From positions 96,784,001-96,848,000 of the forward strand of contig NC_087436.1 in the NCBI RefSeq assembly GCF_036321535.1: 64,000 nucleotides of DNA. Reading direction: 5' to 3'. Shown piece by piece: positions 41,000 through 51,949 of the stretch. This DNA is from Camelus dromedarius. Its lineage: Eukaryota. Every line of letters starts with the position of its first letter. Positions within the stretch are counted from its first letter, which is position 1. Position numbers and translations under genes: made by a program. Below the pieces are notes generated by a model. It did not search any database. It saw nothing but the letters and a program-made list of their open reading frames with translations, and was not told the DNA's origin.

Positions 41000-41445
41000 T
41001 ATGTTTATTAGCAAATGTTGCCTTAACAAATTACTACAAGATCTCTGAGACACACAACAATAAGCATTTATTTTGCTCATGCTTTTGCAGTTTAGCAAGG
41101 GTTCAGCCAATCCAGTTTGGGCTTGCCTAGGTGATTCTCACCAGCAAGGTCCATCTGCAAGTGTTCCTCATGTCTCTTGTCTTCTTTGGATCAATGGCTC
41201 AGCTGAACCATATTCACATGGTAATGGCAGAGGGCAAGAGAGCAAGCTGAAACCTGCAATGCCTCTTGTTGTCGAGGCCTGATTAGAACTTTGCCATTTC
41301 ACCCATTTCCCATTGTTCAACATTCACTCCATGTCTAAGCCAGAAATCAAGGGGTCAGGAAATACACTCTGTCAGTGGTAGGAGGAGCTACAGAGTCACA
41401 TAACAAAGGGTAAAGAACTTGGATCAATACTCCAATCAATCATAT
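41000..41445 (-). mobile_element. Old MLT1 MaLR LTR
   Basis: taacaaattactacaagatctc...caacaataagcatttattttgctcatg, tctaagccagaaatcaaggggtcaggaaatacactct, gagctacagagtcacataacaaaggg. Confidence 0.75.
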
Positions 41446-42814
41446 ACATTGGCTTCAAAAGTACAGTAATTTTACAAAAGAGTTAAGTGATGGCTTAGTT
41501 TACACGCATAGTAAATAGGAGGGCCTGGAATTGAACAGAGTTTGGTCTGTCTTTCAAATCAATTCTGTGCTACTTCCTAATTTGTCTATAATCCTGGCAG
41601 GATTAGAATGCCACCCAGAGTCCACTATTTAAATGCAGAGACAAGGACAGCGATGATGTAACTCTGCCCTATATTAGTATCATTGGATAAATGAGGGTAC
41701 TTGATCACTTTACCAACTATTCCAAGCCAGATGCCTCACCTTGTATGTATAAGACCTGATGCTTTTAGCTAAAATAATCTCCTGAATTTTATCTTCTCAT
41801 TTTCAAAGAGCTCTTATACACATCATTTGGGGCAAGAAAACTTTAGACTCCAAAGGAAGAGTCTTTGAAAAGAGATATTAACAAGGATAAGAAAACACAC
41901 CTTGAAACTTTATTAGTAAAATGAAACCTTGAATTTTTTTTCTTCTATTGTTACCCTGTGCATTTTCACATTGCCTTCCCCCAACAAGCTGTTCCTCACA
42001 GGAACATATTGATTTAATCGAATCTTACAGCTGTAGCTGGGACATGCTCTGAATAACAATCAGGCTTTTATATGGAATATGACTTAATTTAGAGAATAAC
42101 TGCTGATGCAAGATGGCAGAGTCATTAAACTGCCTGGCTGATCAATGTACTACCATTTGGAAAAGCTAGACTAGAACTAAATAGCTTTTCACATTGGTTG
42201 TCAGACATTCTTTTAAATATCTTGTTATTTGTTATGACAGATGGATGAGAAACAGCTTTAGGTAATCAGAAGATCAAGCCAGCAATTGGAATCTACCAGG
42301 AGAGGAATATCACCTACGTACAAGAGGCACTGCTCTTAGCCTCAGGTGTTTCAAGGAGTGCTCCGTATCAAACCAGAGATAAAATGTGGTTCATGCCTGC
42401 TGTGGTTACAATGACAGTGGAATATAAATCCTTAATTATAAAGCAGCCACTTCCCCTATTTTCTTAATTTTCAGTGAATAAAAAATTCCCTAAGTTCAAG
42501 TGAGAACATTGTTCTTCTTATAATCTGTGCCAGTGAAGCTATTATTTATAAGAAATTCATGGAAGCAGAGGCTTTATCTAGGAATTTGCAGGCCTTCTGC
42601 TGCTTATTCTAGAAGGAGCTATGTCCCCGAGACATCCTGGCCATAAGCATCAGACCTTGGTTATACAGCTCATTGCTTGATTCCAAATTCTCAGGGAGTT
42701 GTCTTAATCAGCAGCAGCCTGCCCTGCTCCAGCTAGCCCAATTAGGATTAAGAAACAAGGGAAAATTTCTTGCTTCGAAGAACAGTCATGCAAACTCCAG
42801 TCAGTTGGGGAGTT

Positions 42815-43088
42815 TTGATATTCAAATCTAGATGACACTAAATACACAAATAGGAGCCATTGCATGTAGTCCAAAAGTAATTATAGTTATTGACACCCTG
42901 GAAGATTAGGAGATTCATGGAACTAGAATATGACAGAAAGTTTCATAATTAATAGATAAGAAAATTATCAATTTAACTTGAGCAAAATAAAACAAATGTA
43001 TTTAAATTCTATTTATATTACTTCAAAAATTACTTATTCTCTCTAAGCTGAGGCTCATCTGCTTTTCAATCTTCTGTGCAAAGAAGAG
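42815..43088 (+). repeat. 274-bp direct repeat, copy 1
   Basis: ttgatattcaaatctagatgacac...cttctgtgcaaagaagag is identical by inspection to 44252-44525. Confidence 0.97.
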
Positions 43089-43809
43089 GAGCAGCAACAG
43101 GGAGCCACAGTTATGGACCTGAGAATTTTTAATTTTAGCTCATTTTCATTGGGAGTTCTATAGCTGTGGCTATGATTTTTAAAATGCTCTAAGTTGATAT
43201 AACAACAATTATCCTCTAATGGCTTCCTTGCTTGATGAAGTCCTATCCTTCCATGGAAAGATGTGTATATTGGAGTCTTATTCAGAATTTAGCTCTTATT
43301 ACTCTTTAAAGAAAATAATAAAGGTCAGATCATGCCAGAATTTTTTAAAAAAGATTTCTCTGTAATTTTCCCTCCCTAAATGCCATTTTGAAAAAAGGAA
43401 ATAAACAAACCATGAATATAATACATGCTAGAAATAATAATAAAGAATTAATTTCTCTAAGTCAGCCACCTGTGATGTCATTGTCCCATATGTGGAATGC
43501 TAGTACATTTCCTCTCCCCTCCCTGTTGAGCTAATTAGAACAAATGAATGAGTAAAAGATAAGATAAACTTGCTTCTTTGAAACATATCATATGTAAGGC
43601 ATTACAATGGCCCAGACGCAATGACCATGACATTGAATATAGACAGATCAAGGAGATAATTAAGGGAGGTTTAATCATATCATTTGAAGTGGAGGGCCAG
43701 AAGGAAGGCTTCTCAACTTCAGGCAAGAATCCTAGGTGTGGACATAGCAAATGCAAAACCAGATCAGAGGGAATCTAACAGGTTTGAGTTCAACAGTCTA
43801 GTTGACTAA

Positions 43810-44003
43810 GGTCTAGCAAGCTTTTTATGTTAAGGCCCAAATAATAAATAATTTAGGCTTTGTGGTCCATGGAGTGTCTTGTAACTATGCCACTCTGTTA
43901 TTTAGCCTGTAAACAAATAGCATGGTTATGTGCCAATAAAACTTTATTTACAAAAGCAGGTAGAGTGAGATTTGACCTACTGGCCTTAGATTTCTGACCC
44001 AGG
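43810..44003. mobile_element. MER58A-like hAT element (opposite orientation to the 4319 copy)
   Basis: taggctttgtggtccat and gtgccaataaaactttatttacaaaagcagg motifs, with gtctag on both flanks. Confidence 0.75.
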
Positions 44004-44251
44004 TCTAGTTTCTGAAGGGATAAAGCCAAGTGGGGAGAAGCATAGATACTGTTAAAGATGTATCAGAGTGGCTATCAAGGACTTAGGTTGGGAGTCACAG
44101 GATATTGGGTCAGTTACTGCAATCACAATATAATTTCAGAACAGAATCAGTGATAAGAGGTAAGCTGAGCGTATCTGACAGATGAATAGCTTCTTAGAAA
44201 CCCTCCTGCTCTGATAAAAAACAAACACATAAACAAAAAAACAAAATAAAA

Positions 44252-44525
44252 TTGATATTCAAATCTAGATGACACTAAATACACAAATAGGAGCCATTGC
44301 ATGTAGTCCAAAAGTAATTATAGTTATTGACACCCTGGAAGATTAGGAGATTCATGGAACTAGAATATGACAGAAAGTTTCATAATTAATAGATAAGAAA
44401 ATTATCAATTTAACTTGAGCAAAATAAAACAAATGTATTTAAATTCTATTTATATTACTTCAAAAATTACTTATTCTCTCTAAGCTGAGGCTCATCTGCT
44501 TTTCAATCTTCTGTGCAAAGAAGAG
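44252..44525 (+). repeat. 274-bp direct repeat, copy 2
   Basis: Identical to 42815-43088, with a constant offset of 1437 bp at both ends. Confidence 0.97.
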
Positions 44526-44529
44526 TACT

Positions 44530-44645
44530 TAAGTCATAAAACGTTGTAAAAGTAAAAATGAGATCCAGCATACGTAAAGCATTTAACCTAGTATTGGGAC
44601 TCACCAAGTCTCCCAATAAAAAGTAAAAGCTATTATTATTATTAT
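44530..44645 (+). mobile_element. MIR 3' part only
   Basis: ttgtaaaagtaaaaatgagat...gtaaagcatttaacctagt...caataaaaagtaaaagctattattattatt matches the MIR 3' end. The 5' part is missing at the duplicated block. Confidence 0.65.
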
Positions 44646-44840
44646 TTTTGTGTGTGAAATCAATTTTTAACTGCTCTTAAAAAGATACCCTGTCATGTTC
44701 TATTTAATATTTTAAAACTGCTGTGTTTTATGAAATGGTATTAGAAAAAGAGTTCCCTTGAGAAAAAGGACAAATAAAAAGAATGCCATTGAATATAGAT
44801 TCAGTGCGAATCCAATTGGATTTAAATTTAGAGCAAATAC

Positions 44841-45345
44841 TGTAATGGGGAATAGCAAACCCGACTCCATATTAGATGTTTCTTTCACTTTAAACTTTGT
44901 ATTATATTGCTTTTACTACAAATTAATCACTAAAGGGGTGTTGCCTATATCTTTAAGTATTCATAATGGCCCATCTCCGGGAACCTTGCCTCCCATGCTC
45001 AAGCATTAAGCTAAAATACTTTTCTTTAGCTCACAGGAAATGTCCTGACCAGGCCCATCTATGATTGCCTGCAGGAAGGAAGAAATTAACACATCCTCTT
45101 CAGAGTCCTGAACCGGGATATATTTGTAACAATTTATCTCCTCTTTTACTTTATCTCCTCACCCTCCCCTCCTCCTTTTGCTCATAAAAGAACCTAACAT
45201 CCATACCTGAACAAGATGGGTCTTCGGGATGCTGTCTATCATCTCAGTCTGCTGGCTTTCTGAATAAAGTTGCTATTCCTTGCCCCAACAACTTATCTCT
45301 CAAGCTGTAGTATTGGAGAGCAGTACAAGCTTGGATTTGGTAACG
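44841..45345 (+). mobile_element. ERV1-class solo LTR
   Basis: Starts tgtaatgggg, has TATA-like cataaaa (~45183) and AATAAA at 45263, ends ttggtaac(g). Flanks atac / acac form a 4-bp TSD with one mismatch. Confidence 0.85.
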
Positions 45346-45764
45346 ACACCAAATTCTTTTCTAATTAGTATAACGTTTTATGACTATGTGACCGTTTCTT
45401 TCACCCCCTCCTCTTCTTATCCTTGTCCTCATTTCTTTTTGCTTATTCATAAGGGGAAAAAAAAGAGTGGGAAACTTTATAGGACAAATGAAGTGTTCTG
45501 TTTTATAAATTAAACACAGAGAAGTCTCTAATGATATAGTGAAGTTAGGGAACATGAAACTTAAAAAGAAGAAAAGCTGTCTGACCGTGTGCAGATAATG
45601 GAGGTACTAAAATCTGCATAGTACAAAAAGGCTTAGAGTATTTTAGGACATATGTTCTACTCAAGCCTTGTGGGGAGTCCAGTATGAAATTTCCTTTAAA
45701 ATGTATGCCATCAATTTAGCTATAGGAACTAGAAACTCAATAATAACAACAGTAGCAATGGCAG

Positions 45765-45995
45765 CTAAATTGGAGTCCTTACTATGTTCAAGGCATTATA
45801 TTCAGGGCTACATATATTAGCAATGCACAAATTATAACTAATAAGAAAATACCATTATTATCCCCATTTTACATGGAGAAATCTGACATATAAATAGGTT
45901 AAGTAATTTGTTACAGATGATGCAATAAACAGCAGAGCCAGGATTTTCACCCAGAACTCCAGAGCCTAAGCACTTACTCAGCTGTACAATGATGC
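45765..45995 (-). mobile_element. MIR SINE
   Basis: ccttactatgttcaaggca...ccattattatccccattttacatggagaaatctga...ggttaagtaatttg...gcagagccaggatt. Confidence 0.85.
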
Positions 45996-46027
45996 CTCAC
46001 ATTTTCACAAGGCCACTTCTAAAACCA

Positions 46028-46142
46028 ATATGACCAACTTGTTCCAGGTTGCCTGGGACTTTTTCTTTCAATTTTAGCACTGAAAGTCCAGCATCCTGGG
46101 AGGCCATTTGGTCCCAGGAAAACCAGGACAATTGATTGCTCT
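46028..46142. mobile_element. MER94-like hAT-Blackjack MITE
   Basis: tgaccaactttgttccaggttgcctgggact...ttttagcactgaaagtcc...gtcccaggaaaaccaggacaattgattgctct, with long imperfect terminal inverted repeats. Confidence 0.75.
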
Positions 46143-46287
46143 AACAAACCTAACATACATGAAGTTTGCCCTGTAGAAGAAAGCAACAAGACTTCTGGCT
46201 ATTGGAACAGCTGTCACAAGACGCAAGCAGTAATGCTCAGACACTCTAATTAAAAGAGAACTGTCCACACCATCACAAAGTACTTCT

Positions 46288-46355
46288 AAACTTAATTTAG
46301 ATGTAATTAGAAATCTTAGTTTAGATGCAGTTAAACCTTAGTTTAGATACAATTA
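46288..46355 (+). repeat. Three diverged ~22-bp tandem units
   Basis: aaacttaatttagatgtaatt / aaatcttagtttagatgcagtt / aaaccttagtttagatacaatt. Confidence 0.8.
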
Positions 46356-46489
46356 TAAGGGAATTGGTTAATTGGCTTCTCAACTAAACAGGAAGGAGCT
46401 AAAAGAGGTTAAATTGACAGAGTAAAGAAACTAAAAAACTGTAAGGACAAAGTATCAGGACTTTTAATGTCACTTAGTGACATTTAATT

Positions 46490-46900
46490 GTGTGTTAGTA
46501 CATTTTGTAAGTGACAGAAAACCAACCTGAACCATCTTAAGTAGTAAGAGAAATTTATCAGAAATACTTGTAACAGAGACATGAGTGCCATTAGAACTTG
46601 CTTCCTTTCATCATTGTTTCTCTTTGTGGTGTCTGTTCTCTCAGACAAATGTTTCTCTCTTCATGGTTGAAAAGATAAACCCAAAACAGCTCCTCAGTTT
46701 CATACCTTTGGCCATAGTGGAAAAATTGATTATTTTAGTCCACAATTTTTAAATCTCAGAATACTAGGAATTTTACCAATTTGTCTAGTTTGGATCATGC
46801 AACGAGTTCTGAACCACTAATCTGTGGCCAAAATTGGGGTCATATAAGAACATGGCAGCCTTATAGGACCTCACTGATGAGATGGAGGAAGGCTCTTTCC
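46490..46900 (-). mobile_element. Old MLT1 (K/L-like) LTR remnant
   Basis: ttgtaagtgacagaaaaccaacctgaaccatcttaag is the antisense MLT1 3' end. Degenerate thereafter. Confidence 0.55.
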
Positions 46901-48149
46901 AAAGGGAGGTGATATTATTGATGTCCACTCGAGTCCTCGGCTTAGCTGCAGAGCGTACTCCCACATCCTCTTTCAACCAGTTCTCAACGTGCCTTCTCTC
47001 TTGTTCTTCTTCCTGTACATAGATGATCAAAGTGTCACCATTAATGTATTATAAAAATCCTACATATAAGCGCAAAAGCTCTTCTTCCTCTGCTATCAGA
47101 AAAAAAAGTTAAATGTTACTCCAGCTAACTATGGTTTTCACAAAATTATTATTTACAAAAATATAGTAAGCTTGACAAACAGAAGAGTGGGAGTGGGATA
47201 TCATGGGGTTACTCTTCTCTTTTCTGTGTGATAGCATAGCTAAAGTCATGACCTCCTTAAGTTAGTCGGCGTCACGCCTTGATCACACCTCAAATAGTAC
47301 TTCAGTCAGTACTAACTAATAAATTAAACAAGCAGAGATGCTCAATATGCAATGGTACAGAAAAAAACTAGGACAAACACTGGCTTCAAAAGTGAGAAGG
47401 AAAGTTAACAATAGGATCAATATGTCTTAGTACATTAGATAGTAACTCTATAAAGGCAGGGATTTTTGTTTTTCTATTTACCGATTTATTCCTAGTACCT
47501 AACAAATAATAGACATCAATATGTAATGTTGAATAGATGGGCCTCCTTCTCTTGTTTGATTCCCTGCAAGTAGAGTGTGTTGCTCGGACAGCTTATATGG
47601 CTGCCTGAGATACTATTGTTGTTCTGAGTATTGTCTGGACAGAAAAAAAGTGGTATATTGAGCTCATTATGATACTGCATGGTGGAATGACCTTCAGGCT
47701 GACTGTTAAATGGACAATCATTATTTAAAACTTGAATACCCACACACAGTTAGTCTTCCACTATACATGACTTCCTTCATTTGCTAGTTGAAGTCTTCAC
47801 TTCCTGAGAGTATTGCCATGACTTAAAAAATCAGGCAATCAGCTCTCTCAGTTACAAAGTTTGTGTGGCTAAGGTTTCCTTCTGTACGCTTTGCTTTAGG
47901 TAGATTATGGAAAATGTTAGCTCTGAAATTCAGGTATTCTGACAGGATTCAGAAAATCTGACAGGAGTACAGATTTCCAATAATGCTAATTAAGTACTGT
48001 AAAATATTCTTTGTTATACCAGTGGGTATGAATGTCGTAGGGCCATCACAACATCTTTTTTATTGTCAAAAGCAGAGAGAAAGCTATAGATGTTATTTGC
48101 GGCTATATAAGGCTGTGTGAGCTGGTGAGTCTGTATGCTCTGTACCACT

Positions 48150-49275
48150 TTTCTTGAGAAGTCATTTCTTTACCCCTCTCAGTTAGTGCGGCTTCAGTGA
48201 GGCTAACTCCTCCGTCTGGCTTCAATGCAGGGCATGTGGCCCACGACCAGTCCTTCAGAACAGTTCATAACCCGGTCACAGTTATTGACTCAGGCATGGA
48301 CCTGTGAGCCCGAGCCAATGAGAGTCATAGCTGGACTACTTTCCTAGACTTCTGAGAGAAATAGGACTCTTCTCTCTGAAAATATTGTAATGTTGCCAGT
48401 GACGACTAGGTTCTTTTACTGTCACGTAAAGAATTCAGAAACGGGATGCAGAGGTTAAGAAAGTAAAGTGAGGATTTATTAAGGAATGGTTAGTACCCAT
48501 TCAAGGGGAGAGCAGGAAGGCTCAGGTGAGCAGCTGCCCTGAGTTTCTTTGGCAAGTTGGTTACATAGAATGTAAAAATGAATGGGCAGAATATTCACTG
48601 GGGAGGGAAGAGTTTGAGGGTTATATTCCCTGATTTTCTTCTCAACTCCACCTTCCCAAAGGGAGGAGGGACTTTTGTCCTTATTTAGTCTGGATTGGAA
48701 ATGTCATGGCATCGGTGCACGATGGGTGCTTCTAATCTACAAGGTTAATTTTATTGTAATGAGGGCATAATGAGCAAGAAGTTATATTGGGACACTGGAG
48801 ATTCCTGCCTTTTCCCACCTTTCTTTGTTGGCCTCCAGGCCACTTTTCACCCCCAAATGTGTGACTGCTTATCCTCCCAGAGGTTCCTGCTTTTCTTACT
48901 CAGCCTAGGGTACCCTGTTGTTTTCATGATGAAGGGTTTCCTGCATTTGGCCTGTGCCCCTCCTTTTTGTCCCAAATCCTGCCATTTGGCCTGCAGCCCC
49001 CTTTCTCTGCTCATATCTAGCTATCTGTCTGCTTTGACAGTAACACTAGTGCTTCCAGAGGAGATAGTAGCCAATAAAAGGAAAAGCATTCCTGAGAATG
49101 ACAACCACCCAGGCATGAAGACAGAGACTTGGTGATATGCTTTGTGCCCTGGAGTACTGACATATCTTAAGTCAAATTTACCCCAGAATTGACAGTTTTA
49201 TAAGCCTCCAAATTTCCTTTTGACACAAACTAGACATAGTTGGGTGGAATTCATGTTTTTTCAACCAAAATGTTC
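48150..49275 (+). mobile_element. Old MLT1/ERVL LTR split by the 48391-49039 insertion
   Basis: ggtcacagttattgactcaggcatggacctgtgagcc...ccaatgagagt on the left and aaatttccttttg...agttgggt...caaccaaaa 3' end on the right. Confidence 0.6.
48391..49039 (-). mobile_element. MER41-like ERV1 solo LTR (649 bp)
   Basis: TG...CA ends, perfect 4-bp TSD gtaa (48387-48390, 49040-49043), and a minus-strand AATAAA near 48475. Minus-strand tgctcattat and gccatgaca motifs occur in the order recalled for MER41. LTR status is strong; the family name is less certain. Confidence 0.85.
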
Positions 49276-51949
49276 CCGAAGAGTTTCTCATTACAGCAAT
49301 TTGAGATAAAATGAGGTAGTGAAATATTTATGAAGGTCTTTGAATACGTCATGAGAGTTATATTGAAGTAATGTTGGTATGAGAACTTTGATATATAAAC
49401 ACTTGTAAAATACAGATATTATATCATAAGAAATGCTAAAGACAAGTTATAAAGTTAGAATGAGGTACTCCAAGAATTACAGTTCTCAGAAACAGATTCA
49501 ATTGAGAATAATGAATTTAAAATTTCTCTAGAAATTTGAACAATACTGTCAAATCAATGCATAAAATAGTGAATTTCCTAAAATCATATGTTTGTGCTTA
49601 TTATTTATGTAAATATTCTTTAAATTAACTTTGTTATGATTTCCAGAATTAATAGATAAAATTTTCTGGTGACTTTCAAATGATACCATATAAGGTGCAG
49701 TTTCCTTAACAATAAGTGAAATTTCTTATTTCCAAAGTGTGAAAATAGAATATGGAGCCTAGCAATAGTTTCAACCTAGCAATAAAGTGACTCTTTTTCA
49801 TCCAAATATTTAGAATTCTGACTTCCCCTCAAGCTTATGTTAACTGTGCAGCTATTTGATTAATGAAGGACAATTAAGGTTATGTATCCCTTACAAATAT
49901 TAAACAATTGGCTTATGAAATTTTGTATGTAGGATCACAGTTATTCATGCAAAGAAATTAGTTGAGAAACTTCAACAAAAAAATTAGAATGCAGCTTATG
50001 GATACAGTTTTTGGCAAACCTAATAAATTTAAAAGCTTTTTATTTATGAAATAGATGTTTATAAACAAAGGAAACTTTGGAGGGATTCACTGACTCTGTC
50101 AATTTGTTCTCTTATGTTTTTAGAGCTAAGCCTAATGGACATCTTGGGATGGTTACCAAAACCTATAGTAATATAACTACCAATATAATGACAAGATAGG
50201 GAATAAACAAATGGAAAACAGAATAAATTTTTTTCTGCGACTTCTGTAGATCTAAAGGCCAAAGAGAAATATTTAAATAAATCTTTCTTGTCAGTAGTAA
50301 GTATAAGCACACTAGGAGATAATAAAAATGACAAGGATATATTTAGCATAGGAAAAATATATTTGCTAATATTGTCTTGTGAATAGCAGCAATTTCAGTA
50401 TTCCTCAAGCATGGCTTGTGAAATGAGATTTACACAAGGTTTGGCAGCGCATAAATTACTCTGAAAGCATAAGGTATGCATTTTCAGAGCTGTATTAACT
50501 GTTTCAGAACAACCACACATTTTTAACAACGTGCTGTGGTGCTGTACTGAATTCTGCTCTAGTGGCCAAAAGAAGTCTATTTATTATTTTACAAGTATCT
50601 CTTTTAAGCATCTTCTGAAAGTTTGTATTTCACTAAGCACTTAACCAAATGCAGACATAAGAGTAAAAAGAAGAGCCATGCTACAGACCAAATCCTGGCT
50701 TGGGAGTTGACACAGGACATATGAATCATAGCCTTACTTTTAGCAACCAAATATGTGTCTCCAAATGGGGCATATTCTAAACTATCTGGGAACAGTTTTG
50801 TTTTTTGTTTTTTTAAATCAACAGTAATACTGGGGTAAAGCTCTTTTTAAGGTCATTCCTGGCTCCAAAACTCTAAATTTACTGTTTCATTTCCCTGGGA
50901 GACAAAAAAATCTAGTTGACAAAAAAATAGACTCATGCATTTAACAGCTACAAATCTCTAGAAAGATATTCAGTTAATTACAGCCCAATTCAAAAAGTAT
51001 CTTTCCAACTTACTTTTGTCACCCTGGCTGACTTCCTACAAAGTAAAGCAAGCCAATGGCTGAGGCTGCAGTCAGAGCCTTAAAGCCCTAAAAAAAGTGA
51101 TATGGTAAAGAGTATCGATATTGGGAAAGGTGAAAAATTAGGGCCATTTTGCAATGACTACAGCACAGAGTTCTAGCTACTTTATAGGACTGGAGGATGA
51201 TAAAGTTTATGCTGTCATAGGTTTCATGGATGGATCCAATAACACAGAATTAATATTCCCCAAGGGAGAACACTTTCTTGACCTTATTAGTGCTTTCAGA
51301 AATAAATACTGCCTCTGCTCTTCTCCCTTTCCATCCATGCAGGAATTTGGAGGAGGGTGGTTTCATGTGGCTTTTTTTTTTTTCATGACTTGAAGTATTA
51401 GCTGACATTCTTTAATGACAGGTATAGAGTAATGTTCTCTTGTACTCAGGAATGTTATAAGGAGATAAAAGTAAAAATGAAATGACAAAGGAAATGAGCC
51501 AGAAAATAAGACCTCTGGACAATTAAAATTCAGTGCTAAAGCCAAATAAGTGAAAATCTTTTAGATAGATTGTATAAATTTAGCTTATTATAGATTTAAG
51601 GAGTAAACAGTTTCAAGGTTTCTTATCATCAAGAGCAGCTGCTAGACCTCCAAATGGAATTTACTAATGAGTATGGAAACAAAATGTGTTTCTTTCTTTC
51701 CCAGTTACTCTGCATTTGCCTGGCTGCTAACCAACACTGACCAGCTGCAGCTCTCAATTTTGCAGCCAGCTGGTCTTGTTGCTGACATTTAAGTTTGAAA
51801 GGAGTACATATTTCTTTGTAAATATTCCAGCTATTCTCCCTTATTTATACTGTACCTGGCTTCTGGATTGACCCTAATAGAAAATGTCAGAATCTCCGTG
51901 ATCTTTCTCTACGACACAATGAAATACTTGAAGGGTCTCACTGAACAGG

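Noticed and set aside
42815..44525. 274-bp repeats read as LTRs of a small retroelement
   Set aside because: No TG...CA termini, TSD, PBS or PPT, and the interior contains ancient host repeats such as MER58A.
46288..46355. Short direct repeats as a CRISPR-like array
   Set aside because: Eukaryotic DNA and no spacers. This is an ordinary decayed minisatellite.
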